Positions 1-9,546 of a DNA stretch of 64,000 nucleotides are shown one piece after another (position 1 is the stretch's first letter; the number at the start of each line of letters is the position of its first letter). Position numbers and translations under genes: made by a program. The stretch comes from a virus. Taxonomy: Duplodnaviria; Heunggongvirae; Uroviricota; Caudoviricetes. The notes below the pieces were generated by a model that saw nothing but the letters and a program-made list of their open reading frames with translations, was not told the DNA's origin and did no database searches. The stretch is taken from the IMG/VR virus record IMGVR_UViG_3300005289_000054, one strand, 5' to 3'.

Positions 1-92
1 TTATAAAGGTGGAATTCACATTGATAGTCGTACTATGGGACTAATCTGGTTTGCAACAATACCAGCAATAATTCTGATGGTTGTGATTATGA

Positions 93-347
93 TTGCCAAG
101 TTTGCTATTTAGGTTACAAGGTTTTAATATGGAACACAAAGAAGAGAGTATTAAGTGGATTCAAGATGAATTGTATAGTAAGATATTTAATACGAATAAC
201 CAAAATATTCAGAATGTAGAAAATATTTGTAAAAAATTTTTAGAAGATGCATTTAATGATGGAATTCTAGAATACAAGTATGGAAATATCATTATGTGGA
301 AGTCGGATGGGTTGGTAATGTGTAGGTATGTCGATGAAAGTGGATAA
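93..347 (+). CDS. hypothetical protein
   Basis: 84-aa ORF in the track. It lies upstream of the repeat region, and the start may be an internal Met. Confidence 0.35.
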   Translation: MPSLLFRLQGFNMEHKEESIKWIQDELYSKIFNTNNQNIQNVENICKKFLEDAFNDGILEYKYGNIIMWKSDGLVMCRYVDESG

Positions 348-371
348 AACGTACATGATATTTATTATATG

Positions 372-500
372 TCGATAAGGTAAACATGTCAGGGTGTTAT
401 ATTTTCAGAAGATATTAGTCAGAGTGTTGTAAATGCTTACGGAAATATGTCAGTGAGTTATTTTAAAAATAGTGATAACTGTATGTCAGAGTGTTAAGCA
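372..500. repeat. four direct repeats, consensus TGTCAGnGTGTT, spaced 30-36 bp
   Basis: Copies at about 387, 418, 448 and 484, read directly from the sequence in a non-coding gap. Confidence 0.6.
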
Positions 501-896
501 CGAAGACGTGCCACCTTATATTTTTCAAAAGTCAAGCCTAAAATATCGATGAATATCCTAAGATCAATAGAGAATATGAATTAATATTTTTATTCTCTTC
601 TTATCTGCATGGTGGTAGCGGATAAAAGAATGAGTACTTATGTTTTGTATTCTATTTATTGTTGTCTAGTCTTGTGGGGTTACCCCCGCTTTGCTTAATA
701 GTAACGGCATTATATTCTGAGATAAATAATATTAATAATCTAAACATAGTGTTATTTACTCTTGTAATGCTTTGTATTCAATTGTATTACAATAAGGTAG
801 GATAGTAGCTGTATAGTTATTATATGCTGTGTAGTGAGTATATACGGCGCTACAATCGTTATATATTGTTATTACACTGGATATATTTTATATAGA

Positions 897-927
897 CGTA
901 AAAAAGCCCCTTAATAGGGGCGCTATC
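897..927 (-). terminator. rho-independent terminator
   Basis: On the minus strand there is a hairpin GCGCCCC-tattaa-GGGGC followed by TTTTTT. It sits just downstream of the minus-strand small gene 942-1106. Confidence 0.55.
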
Positions 928-941
928 TTATACTTCTTATC

Positions 942-1106
942 TTACTCTTCTCCTACACACTCATAAGATACATATTGATTACTATTGCTATAGTTAGCAT
1001 CTATCATGGCTTCTATACAATCTTCACGTGTTAAATTAGAGTCAATAACATAAGCATCACTAATATAACCATTGAGACTAGCAATCATAAGTAATTTAAA
1101 GATCAT
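942..1106 (-). CDS. small hypothetical protein (54 aa, hydrophobic N-terminus)
   Basis: Manually translated ORF that falls below the 60-aa track cutoff. It is followed by the terminator hairpin. Confidence 0.35.
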   Translation of the reverse strand: MIFKLLMIASLNGYISDAYVIDSNLTREDCIEAMIDANYSNSNQYVSYECVGEE

Positions 1107-1265
1107 CTTATTCGTCCTTAGTAGGAATACATTTTAATTCATAATTAGAGCCTTGTAGGTTTTCCATTAATTGAGAAGACAGTTTTAAACAAGACTCTTT
1201 AGACATGTTAGATTTAACGATTGTCGTATCGTATTTCATGCCATTGTTAAGAAAGAACATAATAA

Positions 1266-1466
1266 TTAAACTATACATGATGATAACCCTAGCTGGCTAA
1301 GTGTTGTATTACGAAACACTTCTAAATCTTGTTGAGCTTGAAAGAATGCTCTAACTCTGATCTGATAAAGTTCGTCTGGTACATCAACAAATTGTAGTGC
1401 TTTACTGCACCATTGTACTTCTGATTTAAGTTGTTTAAGTTTGTTGTTAACTTCACGGAAATGCAT
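1266..1466 (-). CDS. hypothetical protein
   Basis: Track ORF 1266-1499. The start was moved to the ATG at 1466, which is preceded by an AAAGGA RBS. Confidence 0.4.
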   Translation of the reverse strand: MHFREVNNKLKQLKSEVQWCSKALQFVDVPDELYQIRVRAFFQAQQDLEVFRNTTLSQLGLSSCIV

Positions 1467-1553
1467 GATATTATTCCTTTGTGTTGTTGAATGCTTCATT
1501 TGTGAATACTTATTAATAGCAACCTTAACAGATTGCTACGGATAAGTAAACAA

Positions 1554-1715
1554 TTAAAACACTAAGTGTTGTAAAATTTCGTCTATTTCACCTTGTGAAA
1601 GTTTACGACACCAAACGAATTGATTGTTTTCTTTCAACTCTTTTAAACGCTTCTCACTAACAAAAGATTCGTAACGAATACCATCAACATCATATTGAGC
1701 TAAATACTTTTTCAT
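1554..1715 (-). CDS. small hypothetical protein (53 aa)
   Basis: Manually translated ORF below the track cutoff, with an AAAAGG RBS-like sequence upstream. Confidence 0.3.
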   Translation of the reverse strand: MKKYLAQYDVDGIRYESFVSEKRLKELKENNQFVWCRKLSQGEIDEILQHLVF

Positions 1716-1804
1716 TTCAACGACCTTTTCAGTTTATCACCTTATATTTTTCATTATACAGACGACAAAAAAGAATGCAAGCATTTAAACTCACATTCTT
1801 TAAA

Positions 1805-2410
1805 TTAATAATCAATTTCTATATCATAGTTCATTAAAGAATCATAAACCTGTGGTGAAATTGTACTCTTGTACTTATCTGCTAAATACTTAACTCTTTC
1901 TAGCTTTTCTTTCTTGTAAACATTAAAAGCTTCTTCTGGTGTTTCATATAACCCTAAATTCTTTTGTTTACCTTCAATTGTTATTTTAGAAAGATACTTT
2001 TTACCTATGTTATGCCAACTAACTCCCATCGGTAAACCACCACGTGTTTTTGTACAATGAGCGCCAATAAAGCTATTTATCTCACTTGGAATAAAACAAA
2101 TAGTATCTCTTGAATATTGCTTATTGCCTTTAACAAGCAAATCTTTATCTAGTTGGTATCTCTTCTCTTTCTCATCATAACAATCAAAACCCTTTACGGT
2201 TCGGATGTAATTAAGAAAGTTATTAAATGACAAAAAGTAATCTTCAACAAAACATTCAATGTAAGTTGGTCTAGTTTCATGATAATCAGCAGAATAACAC
2301 CTTTGAATCATAGCAGTCCAAAGGTTGTATTCATGAATAGGCTTACCGTTTGTCTTAATCTTTCCGTCATAGTCATTAATTCCTACGTCGTGTACAATAC
2401 CTTTTTTCAA
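1805..2410 (-). CDS. hypothetical protein
   Basis: 201-aa ORF in a coding-dense minus-strand block. Confidence 0.5.
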   Translation of the reverse strand: MKKGIVHDVGINDYDGKIKTNGKPIHEYNLWTAMIQRCYSADYHETRPTYIECFVEDYFLSFNNFLNYIRTVKGFDCYDEKEKRYQLDKDLLVKGNKQYSRDTICFIPSEINSFIGAHCTKTRGGLPMGVSWHNIGKKYLSKITIEGKQKNLGLYETPEEAFNVYKKEKLERVKYLADKYKSTISPQVYDSLMNYDIEIDY

Positions 2411-2478
2411 TTCTTATTATGCTCCTTATGCTTAAAAAGCAAAACATAACATATTTTAATATTAATGTCAAGAGCTAA

Positions 2479-2691
2479 TTAAAAAATTAACTCCCTTATT
2501 TGCAAGTCTCTACTCTTAGCAACATTGCATATTTCAACCGATTTATGACCACGTGACCATAAACGAATAGTTTTCTCACAGTATTTCATTTTGCTAGATG
2601 ATGTAATAAGTTTACCATTTCTATAGTCATGTATCATCATCATTTTACTGTCATTCTGAATATTCTCGTAACAGTGTACACGAATAGCCAT
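2479..2691 (-). CDS. hypothetical protein
   Basis: 70-aa ORF. Confidence 0.4.
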   Translation of the reverse strand: MAIRVHCYENIQNDSKMMMIHDYRNGKLITSSSKMKYCEKTIRLWSRGHKSVEICNVAKSRDLQIRELIF

Positions 2692-2703
2692 TTACCAAGC
2701 TCC

Positions 2704-2952
2704 TTACAGTTCAACAACTTTCATGTGTCTATATTTGCCTTTAACTTCTTGAGTTTGGAAAGAGTGAAAACCTTTCGATAAGTCTTCTAAACCAACATAA
2801 TCTTTATATGATATACGTTGCCAACAACCTAGATCAGTATACCCTTCACTACCTACTGCATGATCACAATAATAACGACCTTCACAAGCCATTACAGAAA
2901 CAGTTTTAACACCAAATCTTTTTAAATTGTAATACATAAACATTTCATTCAC
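2704..2952 (-). CDS. hypothetical protein
   Basis: 82-aa ORF. Confidence 0.45.
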   Translation of the reverse strand: MNEMFMYYNLKRFGVKTVSVMACEGRYYCDHAVGSEGYTDLGCWQRISYKDYVGLEDLSKGFHSFQTQEVKGKYRHMKVVEL

Positions 2953-3018
2953 CTTTTAACTAGTTTGTGTTTACATATTGTGTACATCTCATAAGAAATG
3001 TACATGTATATAAACTAA

Positions 3019-3216
3019 TTAATATAAACTTTTAATGGTGTTCACTTGATATTGTGAGTTGTTCCAATTTATATACTCAATTGGGTAATTACTAAACTGT
3101 TTATATTTAATAACTCGATTGTAAGTTTTTCCTTCATGTTCAATCAAAATGTATTGTTTACCGTCTTTAATTTCACCTTTTACAGCATATTTTACATGGT
3201 CAATTAATTGTTTCAT
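3019..3216 (-). CDS. hypothetical protein
   Basis: 65-aa ORF. It overlaps the next gene by 4 nt. Confidence 0.4.
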   Translation of the reverse strand: MKQLIDHVKYAVKGEIKDGKQYILIEHEGKTYNRVIKYKQFSNYPIEYINWNNSQYQVNTIKSLY

Positions 3217-3401
3217 TTGTTTAACTCTCGTCTATCTACCCAACGATAACTATATTCTGGTTGATTCTCTCTGTACTCTTTCAAGCGTTGTTTTCGCTCT
3301 TGTACAGTTGAATCATGTAAATCAAAGCAGTCAACATCTTCCCAACCACATAATGTGTATTGTTGTAATACTCGTAAGTATGTATATTTACGTTGTTTCA
3401 T
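3213..3401 (-). CDS. hypothetical protein
   Basis: 62-aa ORF with ATGA coupling to the neighbouring gene. Confidence 0.4.
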   Translation of the reverse strand: MKQRKYTYLRVLQQYTLCGWEDVDCFDLHDSTVQERKQRLKEYRENQPEYSYRWVDRRELNK

Positions 3402-3403
3402 GA

Positions 3404-3754
3404 TTAAATCGCTCTAAAGAATTTGTAACCGTTGCCGTATACTTGAAAACTTTGAAAATCATGATTGATTTCAAGCAAAGCATCAATAAATAGTTTATCA
3501 TCACCTTTCAAATCTTCTTTACTGTAAGCTTCTGCAAGTTTGTTTAAAGCAACGCTAACACGGTCATAACCACATCCTTTAACCGTTACACGTTTCATTT
3601 CCAAACCATATAGATGCAAGTAACCAATTAAACTCATACCACTAGATGAATACTTAAGATTAAAAGAACCTTGTAACTCACCTTGACTATTAACGATTAC
3701 ATAAGCTTTAGTTAAAGAAAAAGATTTTTCAAATTGCTCATATACTTTAGTCAT
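3404..3754 (-). CDS. hypothetical protein
   Basis: 116-aa ORF. Confidence 0.5.
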   Translation of the reverse strand: MTKVYEQFEKSFSLTKAYVIVNSQGELQGSFNLKYSSSGMSLIGYLHLYGLEMKRVTVKGCGYDRVSVALNKLAEAYSKEDLKGDDKLFIDALLEINHDFQSFQVYGNGYKFFRAI

Positions 3755-4254
3755 TTCATTTACCTTCTATGTTTAAGCGTTATTGCTTGGTATGAAGCTA
3801 TTAAAACAATTTCTCTATAATATGTCAACAACTATTTTAAATTAATTTTATATTTTTTATCTAATCTTTATAAAACAACAAGTTAATCATTAAAACATTA
3901 CAATATTTATTCTAATAAAGATGATCCTTATCTTAAAACACTTCTAAAGCTAAGATACACACATAGAAACACGCCGTGTAACGTTAATAAAGAGCGGGTG
4001 TGCGTGAATAACACAATTAAGTGGTAAACACAACAATTTAATTGTTATTTATGATGAATGGCATTAAAAATGAGATTATTATCCACAAGAGAATAATTAA
4101 AACAGAAAGATTATCAGTCATTTCTGACCTATCAGATAATATTATAATATTTTGTTCACATATTTTTTCTAATTTTTTTAAAAATTCCCCAAAATTTTTC
4201 ATGTGTAGCCAGATTCTGAGGAATTATTTGGTTTTATTTACAGTGTGATTTTTA

Positions 4255-4590
4255 TCAACCCATCCACATATTGTACAAGAAATGGAATGCAAGGATAAAT
4301 GCAATTACAAATCCAGAGGAAAGGGAAGTAAGCACACAGTAACCAGTGAGCTTATCAACCCATTCAGGAGGGTTATACTCTAACACAGTCGTAACAGCAA
4401 AGACACACAAACATATTAAACTACTTACAGTAAACACAGTGGTAATAATTTGAGCAAACATCTTCATAAACACCTTATTAAGTTGGTAAACACATAATAC
4501 ACCCCCTTGGGTCAAAAGTAAAGCCATTAAAGTGGAAATAATAAGAATATCTGCACACACATCATCCGAGTATTCGAGGATAGAGGACAC
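4255..4590 (-). CDS. hypothetical membrane protein
   Basis: 111-aa ORF with three or more hydrophobic segments. Confidence 0.45.
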   Translation of the reverse strand: MSSILEYSDDVCADILIISTLMALLLTQGGVLCVYQLNKVFMKMFAQIITTVFTVSSLICLCVFAVTTVLEYNPPEWVDKLTGYCVLTSLSSGFVIAFILAFHFLYNMWMG

Positions 4591-4772
4591 AGAGTATTAC
4601 ACATAGGATAGTACCAAGAGACGATGATGTCTCTTATTGAATACTCACATTAGAGAGAAGAGTATTATTCTTAGTTATAGTAAGGATTAGATTAGCATTC
4701 ATTCAATCTAGTCTAATCATATAACTAAGAGGAAGTGTTCTATTGTGCGTAGCACATAATTAGTATCCTGTC

Positions 4773-4792
4773 AACATGCAACGTTGCATGTT
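4773..4792. promoter_or_regulatory. 20-bp perfect palindrome AACATGCAACGTTGCATGTT (candidate operator)
   Basis: Read directly from the sequence. It lies in the divergent intergenic region. Confidence 0.5.
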
Positions 4793-4904
4793 ATATATTT
4801 GTGGATAAGTCAAATAGAAAATACCAATTAAAAAATATAATTAATCTAAAAATAAAATAATTGACATATCTTTTAGAGGTGTGTTTAACCCCCTATATCT
4901 ATTT

Positions 4905-5175
4905 ATAGATAATTTATTACACATTCCAATAATCCTCTAACTACTCCTAACTACTCAAAACCATTAATATCAATACATTCCAATAAAATTACATTACACA
5001 TAATTAGTATTCTACATTACACCTATAGTATCCTATTACACATAAACAATATTCGTATTGACACAAACAATACTTTATTACACATAACATATTGTTTACA
5101 CAATAATAACACTATTTATTACACATATGTTATTCTTCTTAATTACACATAGAATATTACATTTACAAAAGATAT
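4905..5175. repeat. iteron-like array of about eight TTATTACACAT-type motifs
   Basis: Full copies at about 4915, 5074 and 5115, and shorter ATTACACAT variants at about 4993, 5015, 5035, 5095 and 5141. Spacing is 26-41 bp. A second motif CATAATTAGTAT occurs twice, at about 4756 and 5000. Confidence 0.55.
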
Positions 5176-5342
5176 ACAATATAGGTGTTAAATAGTTATT
5201 AAATACTCAAAAAATATTCCTTGAGGAGTTACTACCCCGATGAGTTTCAGAACACTTTTAAATTCAATCACTTAAAATCATTTCTTTATATAGGAACATA
5301 GAAAAATATAAATTTGATTTAGGTGTAAAACATGTGTAAGAT

Positions 5343-5376
5343 AGTACAAGATGCTGAGCCGATTTGGTGTTATAAT
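5343..5376 (+). promoter_or_regulatory. candidate sigma70 promoter with extended -10 (TGtTATAAT)
   Basis: The sequence tgttataat sits at 5367-5376, 34 bp upstream of the TTG start at 5410. The RBS AAGGAG is at 5398-5403. Confidence 0.35.
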
Positions 5377-5409
5377 ATAACATTATATATTGACATGAAG
5401 GAGTAATAA

Positions 5410-6744
5410 TTGAAAGTTGAGATTTTAGATGGTGTGATGGGTAGTGGTAAAACTACTGCTATTTGTAAATGGATGGATGATCTGTCAATAAAAGATAGTA
5501 GCTCTAAATTCTTCTACATCTCACCATTGTTGAGTGAAGTTCAAGAAGATGGTGGTCGTATTCACAAACAATGTAATCATGTTAAGTTTGTATCTCCTGA
5601 GAGTAAGGGTAGAAGTAGTAAGGGTGATCACCTCTTAGAGTTATTGAAAGATGGTGTTAATATTGCTTGTACACACAGATTGTATTTGAATATGGATGTT
5701 AGACACTTCAATATTATGAAGGAGTTAGGGTATAACCTCATTATTGATGAAGAGATTGGAATGATTGAGGGTTATAATGCTTACTCGCAAGCTGATTGTG
5801 ATTTCCTCATTGAACAACAATGTATTGGTAAACAAGATAATGATGGGATGTTGATATGGTTGAAAGATAGTGAGAGTTTTCATAAGTCAGATCATAAATA
5901 CTATGAGTTTAAGAAGAATATTGAGAATGGCTTGATTTATGCATGTAAATCTTCTAACTCGATGATGGTTACACAACTTCCTGTTAAACTGCTAGAAGTG
6001 GCTAAACGTATTATCATCCTCACATACATGTTTGAAGGAAACATCTTATCTTCTTTCTTGAAGCTTAAAGAGATTGAATATGTTCCATTTACGGAAGTGA
6101 TTTTAAATGATATCAGTAAGGATAATATTAAACCTTTGATTAAGTTACATCAACCAAGATATTTTAGACAATGGAAGTTTATGGATGAGTTGCCTATGAC
6201 GTACACTTGGTATTCAGGAAAAACACAGGTTAAAGAGAAGCGCATCACCAATCAAGATGTTCTTAATATTACAAAGTACATTAAGAGTGTTAAGAGTGCT
6301 TGTGGTGCTAATTGGGAAGATGTTTTATACACATTTCCTAAATGTCGTAGTTTATTAGATATTGATAGTCGTATGGCTAAAATCAACCCTGAAGATTTAA
6401 AGAGAGTTGATGTGTTAGAAGCTAAACAGACATGGTTACCTAGTAACACTAGAGCTACGAATAATCTTAGTCATAAATGGTGTTTAGTGCATTGTTATAA
6501 TAGATACCCAACTCAATCTGTTATGCAATATTTACGTGATTATGGGGTAGAGGTTAATAATGAAGTTTTTGCACTAACAGAAATGATTCAATGGATATGG
6601 AGGAGTCGTGTTCGTAATCAAGAAGAGATTTATCTTGCAATTGCATCAAAACGTATGAGATTGTTGTTTCTTAACTGGTTACATGATTTACCGTTAAGTA
6701 ATGAAGATCATAGTTACTTTACTGATTATTTGAAGGGTAAATAA
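5410..6744 (+). CDS. P-loop NTPase (Walker A GSGKTT, Walker B LIIDEE); function unknown
   Basis: 444-aa ORF. It apparently starts at TTG 6 nt after an AAGGAG RBS. The N-terminus MKVEILDGVMGSGKTT resembles phage nucleotide kinase or helicase Walker A motifs. Confidence 0.55.
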   Translation: MKVEILDGVMGSGKTTAICKWMDDLSIKDSSSKFFYISPLLSEVQEDGGRIHKQCNHVKFVSPESKGRSSKGDHLLELLKDGVNIACTHRLYLNMDVRHFNIMKELGYNLIIDEEIGMIEGYNAYSQADCDFLIEQQCIGKQDNDGMLIWLKDSESFHKSDHKYYEFKKNIENGLIYACKSSNSMMVTQLPVKLLEVAKRIIILTYMFEGNILSSFLKLKEIEYVPFTEVILNDISKDNIKPLIKLHQPRYFRQWKFMDELPMTYTWYSGKTQVKEKRITNQDVLNITKYIKSVKSACGANWEDVLYTFPKCRSLLDIDSRMAKINPEDLKRVDVLEAKQTWLPSNTRATNNLSHKWCLVHCYNRYPTQSVMQYLRDYGVEVNNEVFALTEMIQWIWRSRVRNQEEIYLAIASKRMRLLFLNWLHDLPLSNEDHSYFTDYLKGK

Positions 6745-6803
6745 TACTTGCATTGTTTTTGTTCATTTGTTAAAGTGTTCGTAATTACTTAGGAGATTTT
6801 GAT

Positions 6804-7100
6804 ATGTTTGATGATGAATATTGGTATGAAGAAACTCGCTATCAACCTGATTTTTGGTGTTTATTTAAAGTAAATAAATATGATAGCATTAAGCTTGCTA
6901 AGATCATCTGGCGAGATGCTATTTGGACAGGAGTTAAAGAATATGGTTATGGTGAATATTCACATACTATCCCAACTGAATCTATTATGACTCGATCTAC
7001 AGATTATAAAATGCTAAAAGAAATCCTTCGAACATATGAAATGATTGAAGACTGGGAAAAAGAAAGATTTAAATGTGTTAAAGTATACATGGAGATTTAA
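6804..7100 (+). CDS. hypothetical protein
   Basis: 98-aa ORF. Confidence 0.45.
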   Translation: MFDDEYWYEETRYQPDFWCLFKVNKYDSIKLAKIIWRDAIWTGVKEYGYGEYSHTIPTESIMTRSTDYKMLKEILRTYEMIEDWEKERFKCVKVYMEI

Positions 7101-7101
7101 A

Positions 7102-7293
7102 ATGTATGTTATTGTTTCAACATTAGATGAAAATTTATGGTTGTGCTATGATGGTCTTGCTAATGAATATTATTATAAACCAGCATTTGATTATCGAGCA
7201 ATTATGTGTAAAACATTGGAACAAATGAATTTAAATGAGATACCGTTTAAATTTTCCATTAAACCAATGAAACTAAAACTTGTTGAGGTATAA
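7102..7293 (+). CDS. hypothetical protein
   Basis: Track ORF 7045-7293. The start was moved to the ATG at 7102, which follows a GGAGAT RBS. This gives TAAAATG coupling. Confidence 0.4.
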   Translation: MYVIVSTLDENLWLCYDGLANEYYYKPAFDYRAIMCKTLEQMNLNEIPFKFSIKPMKLKLVEV

Positions 7294-7295
7294 TT

Positions 7296-7475
7296 ATGTC
7301 AGATATTAATATTACGTTTGAACGATATGAAGAATTAAGAGACGTTATTTATCACAAATTATTTTGGGATGCAAGTGTTACTGGTGATGAAATAGAGTAT
7401 ATTATGAATATTCTCCACAAACACAGAGAGAGTAATATTCATACTTTTCTGGAGAGCTTAGATGAAAGTGAATAA
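7296..7475 (+). CDS. small hypothetical protein (59 aa)
   Basis: Manually translated ORF (MSDINITFERYEEL...). A GAGGT RBS lies 6 nt upstream. It falls below the track cutoff. Confidence 0.45.
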   Translation: MSDINITFERYEELRDVIYHKLFWDASVTGDEIEYIMNILHKHRESNIHTFLESLDESE

Positions 7476-7659
7476 TCTCGATATTCTTATTATGCAAGTA
7501 GAGGATGTTGATTATAATGCAGCTAAATACCTTAAAGAACAAAGGAGTAGTTTGAGAAATAGCTGTACAAAAGTAGAAGAATTATTCATTTGGGATACAA
7601 CCCCGCAAAGGCATTCCTTTTGGGCTGATATTTCTAGAAAACTAGGAGAACGTAAATGA
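7462..7659 (+). CDS. hypothetical protein, tandem paralogue A
   Basis: 65 aa. It shares clear similarity with the next ORF (DxNAAKxxK ... WDxTPQxHxxW ... SxKLGE). Confidence 0.5.
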   Translation: MKVNNLDILIMQVEDVDYNAAKYLKEQRSSLRNSCTKVEELFIWDTTPQRHSFWADISRKLGERK

Positions 7660-7847
7660 AAACTAATTTAGAATCACTTATTGAGCGTGTTGAGAAAATA
7701 GACTTCAATGCTGCTAAATTCATGAAAGACAATCTTCATTGGATGGATGAGGATGTATCAGAGCTGATTGAGTGTTTTAGTTGGGACTACACACCTCAAG
7801 GTCATGCTTATTGGAACAGAATTTCTAAGAAATTAGGAGAGCAATAA
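7656..7847 (+). CDS. hypothetical protein, tandem paralogue B
   Basis: 63 aa, with ATGA overlap to its paralogue. Confidence 0.5.
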   Translation: MKTNLESLIERVEKIDFNAAKFMKDNLHWMDEDVSELIECFSWDYTPQGHAYWNRISKKLGEQ

Positions 7848-8647
7848 TGTCAAAGTACAAATTAAAAGTAACAGATAAATCAAAGAACAGAGAAATTGCT
7901 GATTTATTTGAATGTATTGGGGCTAACCCAATAAGATTTTCTGTTAGTCAAGCTACGCACTTTTTTATGGAAGGGAACTATGTTGGTATTATTTCAGATG
8001 GAGATGATGAGTATTTCTACAAGCAACCTCAAAAAGAAATTAATTATGATGAACTAAAAGCCTTAGTCATTCTTAAAGATGGTAAAAAAGATATTGCTAC
8101 TCACTTTCAAACTTGTGATATTGATGAGAGATATTATGTTGTAAATAATGATATTATTTATTATTACAGCAAGGACAACAATGAATGGGTATTGTCTGGT
8201 GCAAGATTATCAGAATTAGAACCAATCAAGAATTTAAAAATCATCGAAGAAGAGCTTAGTGAGATGGAGTTAATTACTGGAACTTCAGCAATTACAGCTA
8301 TGTTTCTAGGCAAAGATGTAGAGTGGGCTAGACGTACAAACCCTAAAGTGTGGAGAGAATACAAAAGATCGACATCTTTCTCGATTGATTGTCTTACAGA
8401 AGGTGATATCTTATTTAGATTAAAGGAAGAAACCTTCATGATTGGTGGTGTTGAAGTACCAGTTGCAGTAAAAGAGCCAGAATTTGGACAGGTTTATTGG
8501 TTCATTGATGGTTATACTAATACTAAAGGTTATGAAAGAGCTAAATGGGATAATAAGAAGTTTAAATTTCCTCTTGCTTGCTGGGATTCAGAGAAGAAAG
8601 TAAAGAAAGTTGTCCAAGCTTTAGGAAACTTACTACAACCAAAATAA
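7847..8647 (+). CDS. hypothetical protein
   Basis: 266-aa ORF. Confidence 0.55.
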   Translation: MSKYKLKVTDKSKNREIADLFECIGANPIRFSVSQATHFFMEGNYVGIISDGDDEYFYKQPQKEINYDELKALVILKDGKKDIATHFQTCDIDERYYVVNNDIIYYYSKDNNEWVLSGARLSELEPIKNLKIIEEELSEMELITGTSAITAMFLGKDVEWARRTNPKVWREYKRSTSFSIDCLTEGDILFRLKEETFMIGGVEVPVAVKEPEFGQVYWFIDGYTNTKGYERAKWDNKKFKFPLACWDSEKKVKKVVQALGNLLQPK

Positions 8648-8728
8648 ATTAAATGACAGACTTGACAGAAATGTTAGGTCTGTTTTATTATGTAAGAACA
8701 AAATTAATCAGGCTATAAGGTAGTTATT

Positions 8729-9100
8729 ATGGAAACAAATATCAGCGAGACAATCAAAGCAACGAAGAATCATTTACGTAACCTTATTCAAGGTCATGGG
8801 CTAACTAAGCAAGAGATTAGAGATTTGTTTAGTGATGAAATGGCTACATATGTAAAAGATGCGGTTAAAAACTATATTTCTGCTTGGTCATTAGATGAAT
8901 TAATCAAAACAACTATTCATCAAGAAGTACGCCGTCAAGTTGGTATGTTGATTCGCCCTTCATACACACCTGAATTAAATACTAAAATGGAAGATATGGT
9001 TCGACAAGAAATTAACAAAGAAGTTCAACGTCTCGTTAATGAAAACTTTGAAATCAACATTGATTTAAAGAAATCTGAAACTGCTGTTGGGATAAAATGA
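8729..9100 (+). CDS. hypothetical protein
   Basis: 123-aa ORF. Confidence 0.5.
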   Translation: METNISETIKATKNHLRNLIQGHGLTKQEIRDLFSDEMATYVKDAVKNYISAWSLDELIKTTIHQEVRRQVGMLIRPSYTPELNTKMEDMVRQEINKEVQRLVNENFEINIDLKKSETAVGIK

Positions 9101-9327
9101 TCATTAGAAGAGATTTGACACTCTGTTAGCTCTCTTTTATTATACCTACAATTCATTGGAGATTGTGAAGTGGAAAAATTATACAGTGTTTTATGTCATT
9201 ACACAGATATTTGGTATGGACGTATGTGTTATCTTACTTTGGAAAACGTCACAAAAGAGGAAGCAGAGAGATTTGTAGCATCAAAAGAAAATTGTGGTGA
9301 TTTTTATGAAATTGTTGAGGTGAAAAC

Positions 9328-9546
9328 ATGAAAAAATATATGAAAGGTAATCTAGAACAGCTTAAAGCCACTATCGATGCTTTAATTGATGCAGAAGAAA
9401 GTGTTGACATGCATTGCTGGGAATATTCATGCACAACTGAAGAATATCAACAAGAGTGTTTGGATATGTTAGAATTTCGTAAGATGCAATTTGAATCTCG
9501 TGTTAAGTTTATTCTTAGTACATATTTTAAGGAAGGTGACTCATGA
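9328..9546 (+). CDS. hypothetical protein (Cys-containing, acidic)
   Basis: 72-aa ORF, first of six translationally coupled small ORFs. Confidence 0.45.
   Translation: MKKYMKGNLEQLKATIDALIDAEESVDMHCWEYSCTTEEYQQECLDMLEFRKMQFESRVKFILSTYFKEGDS

Noticed and set aside
1-111. Possible 3' end of a plus-strand gene entering from the left edge
   Set aside because: All three forward frames hit stop codons within the first 25 nt. No partial CDS can be supported.
600-720. GTGGGGTTACCCCCGC hairpin-like sequence
   Set aside because: It has only a 4-bp stem with a 3-nt loop and no flanking T-run. This is too weak to call a terminator or structured RNA.
4905-5175. Possible CRISPR array, suggested by the repeated short motif
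   Set aside because: The repeats are only 11-12 nt with irregular 26-41-bp spacing and degenerate copies. No cas genes are present. This is far more consistent with iterons or promoter elements.
7090-7105. Recurring GGAGATTTAAAATG context, seen at 7090, 25703 and 26070, as a possible regulatory motif
   Set aside because: It is simply a Shine-Dalgarno sequence plus an AT-rich spacer ahead of start codons. It reflects the genome's low GC rather than a distinct element.
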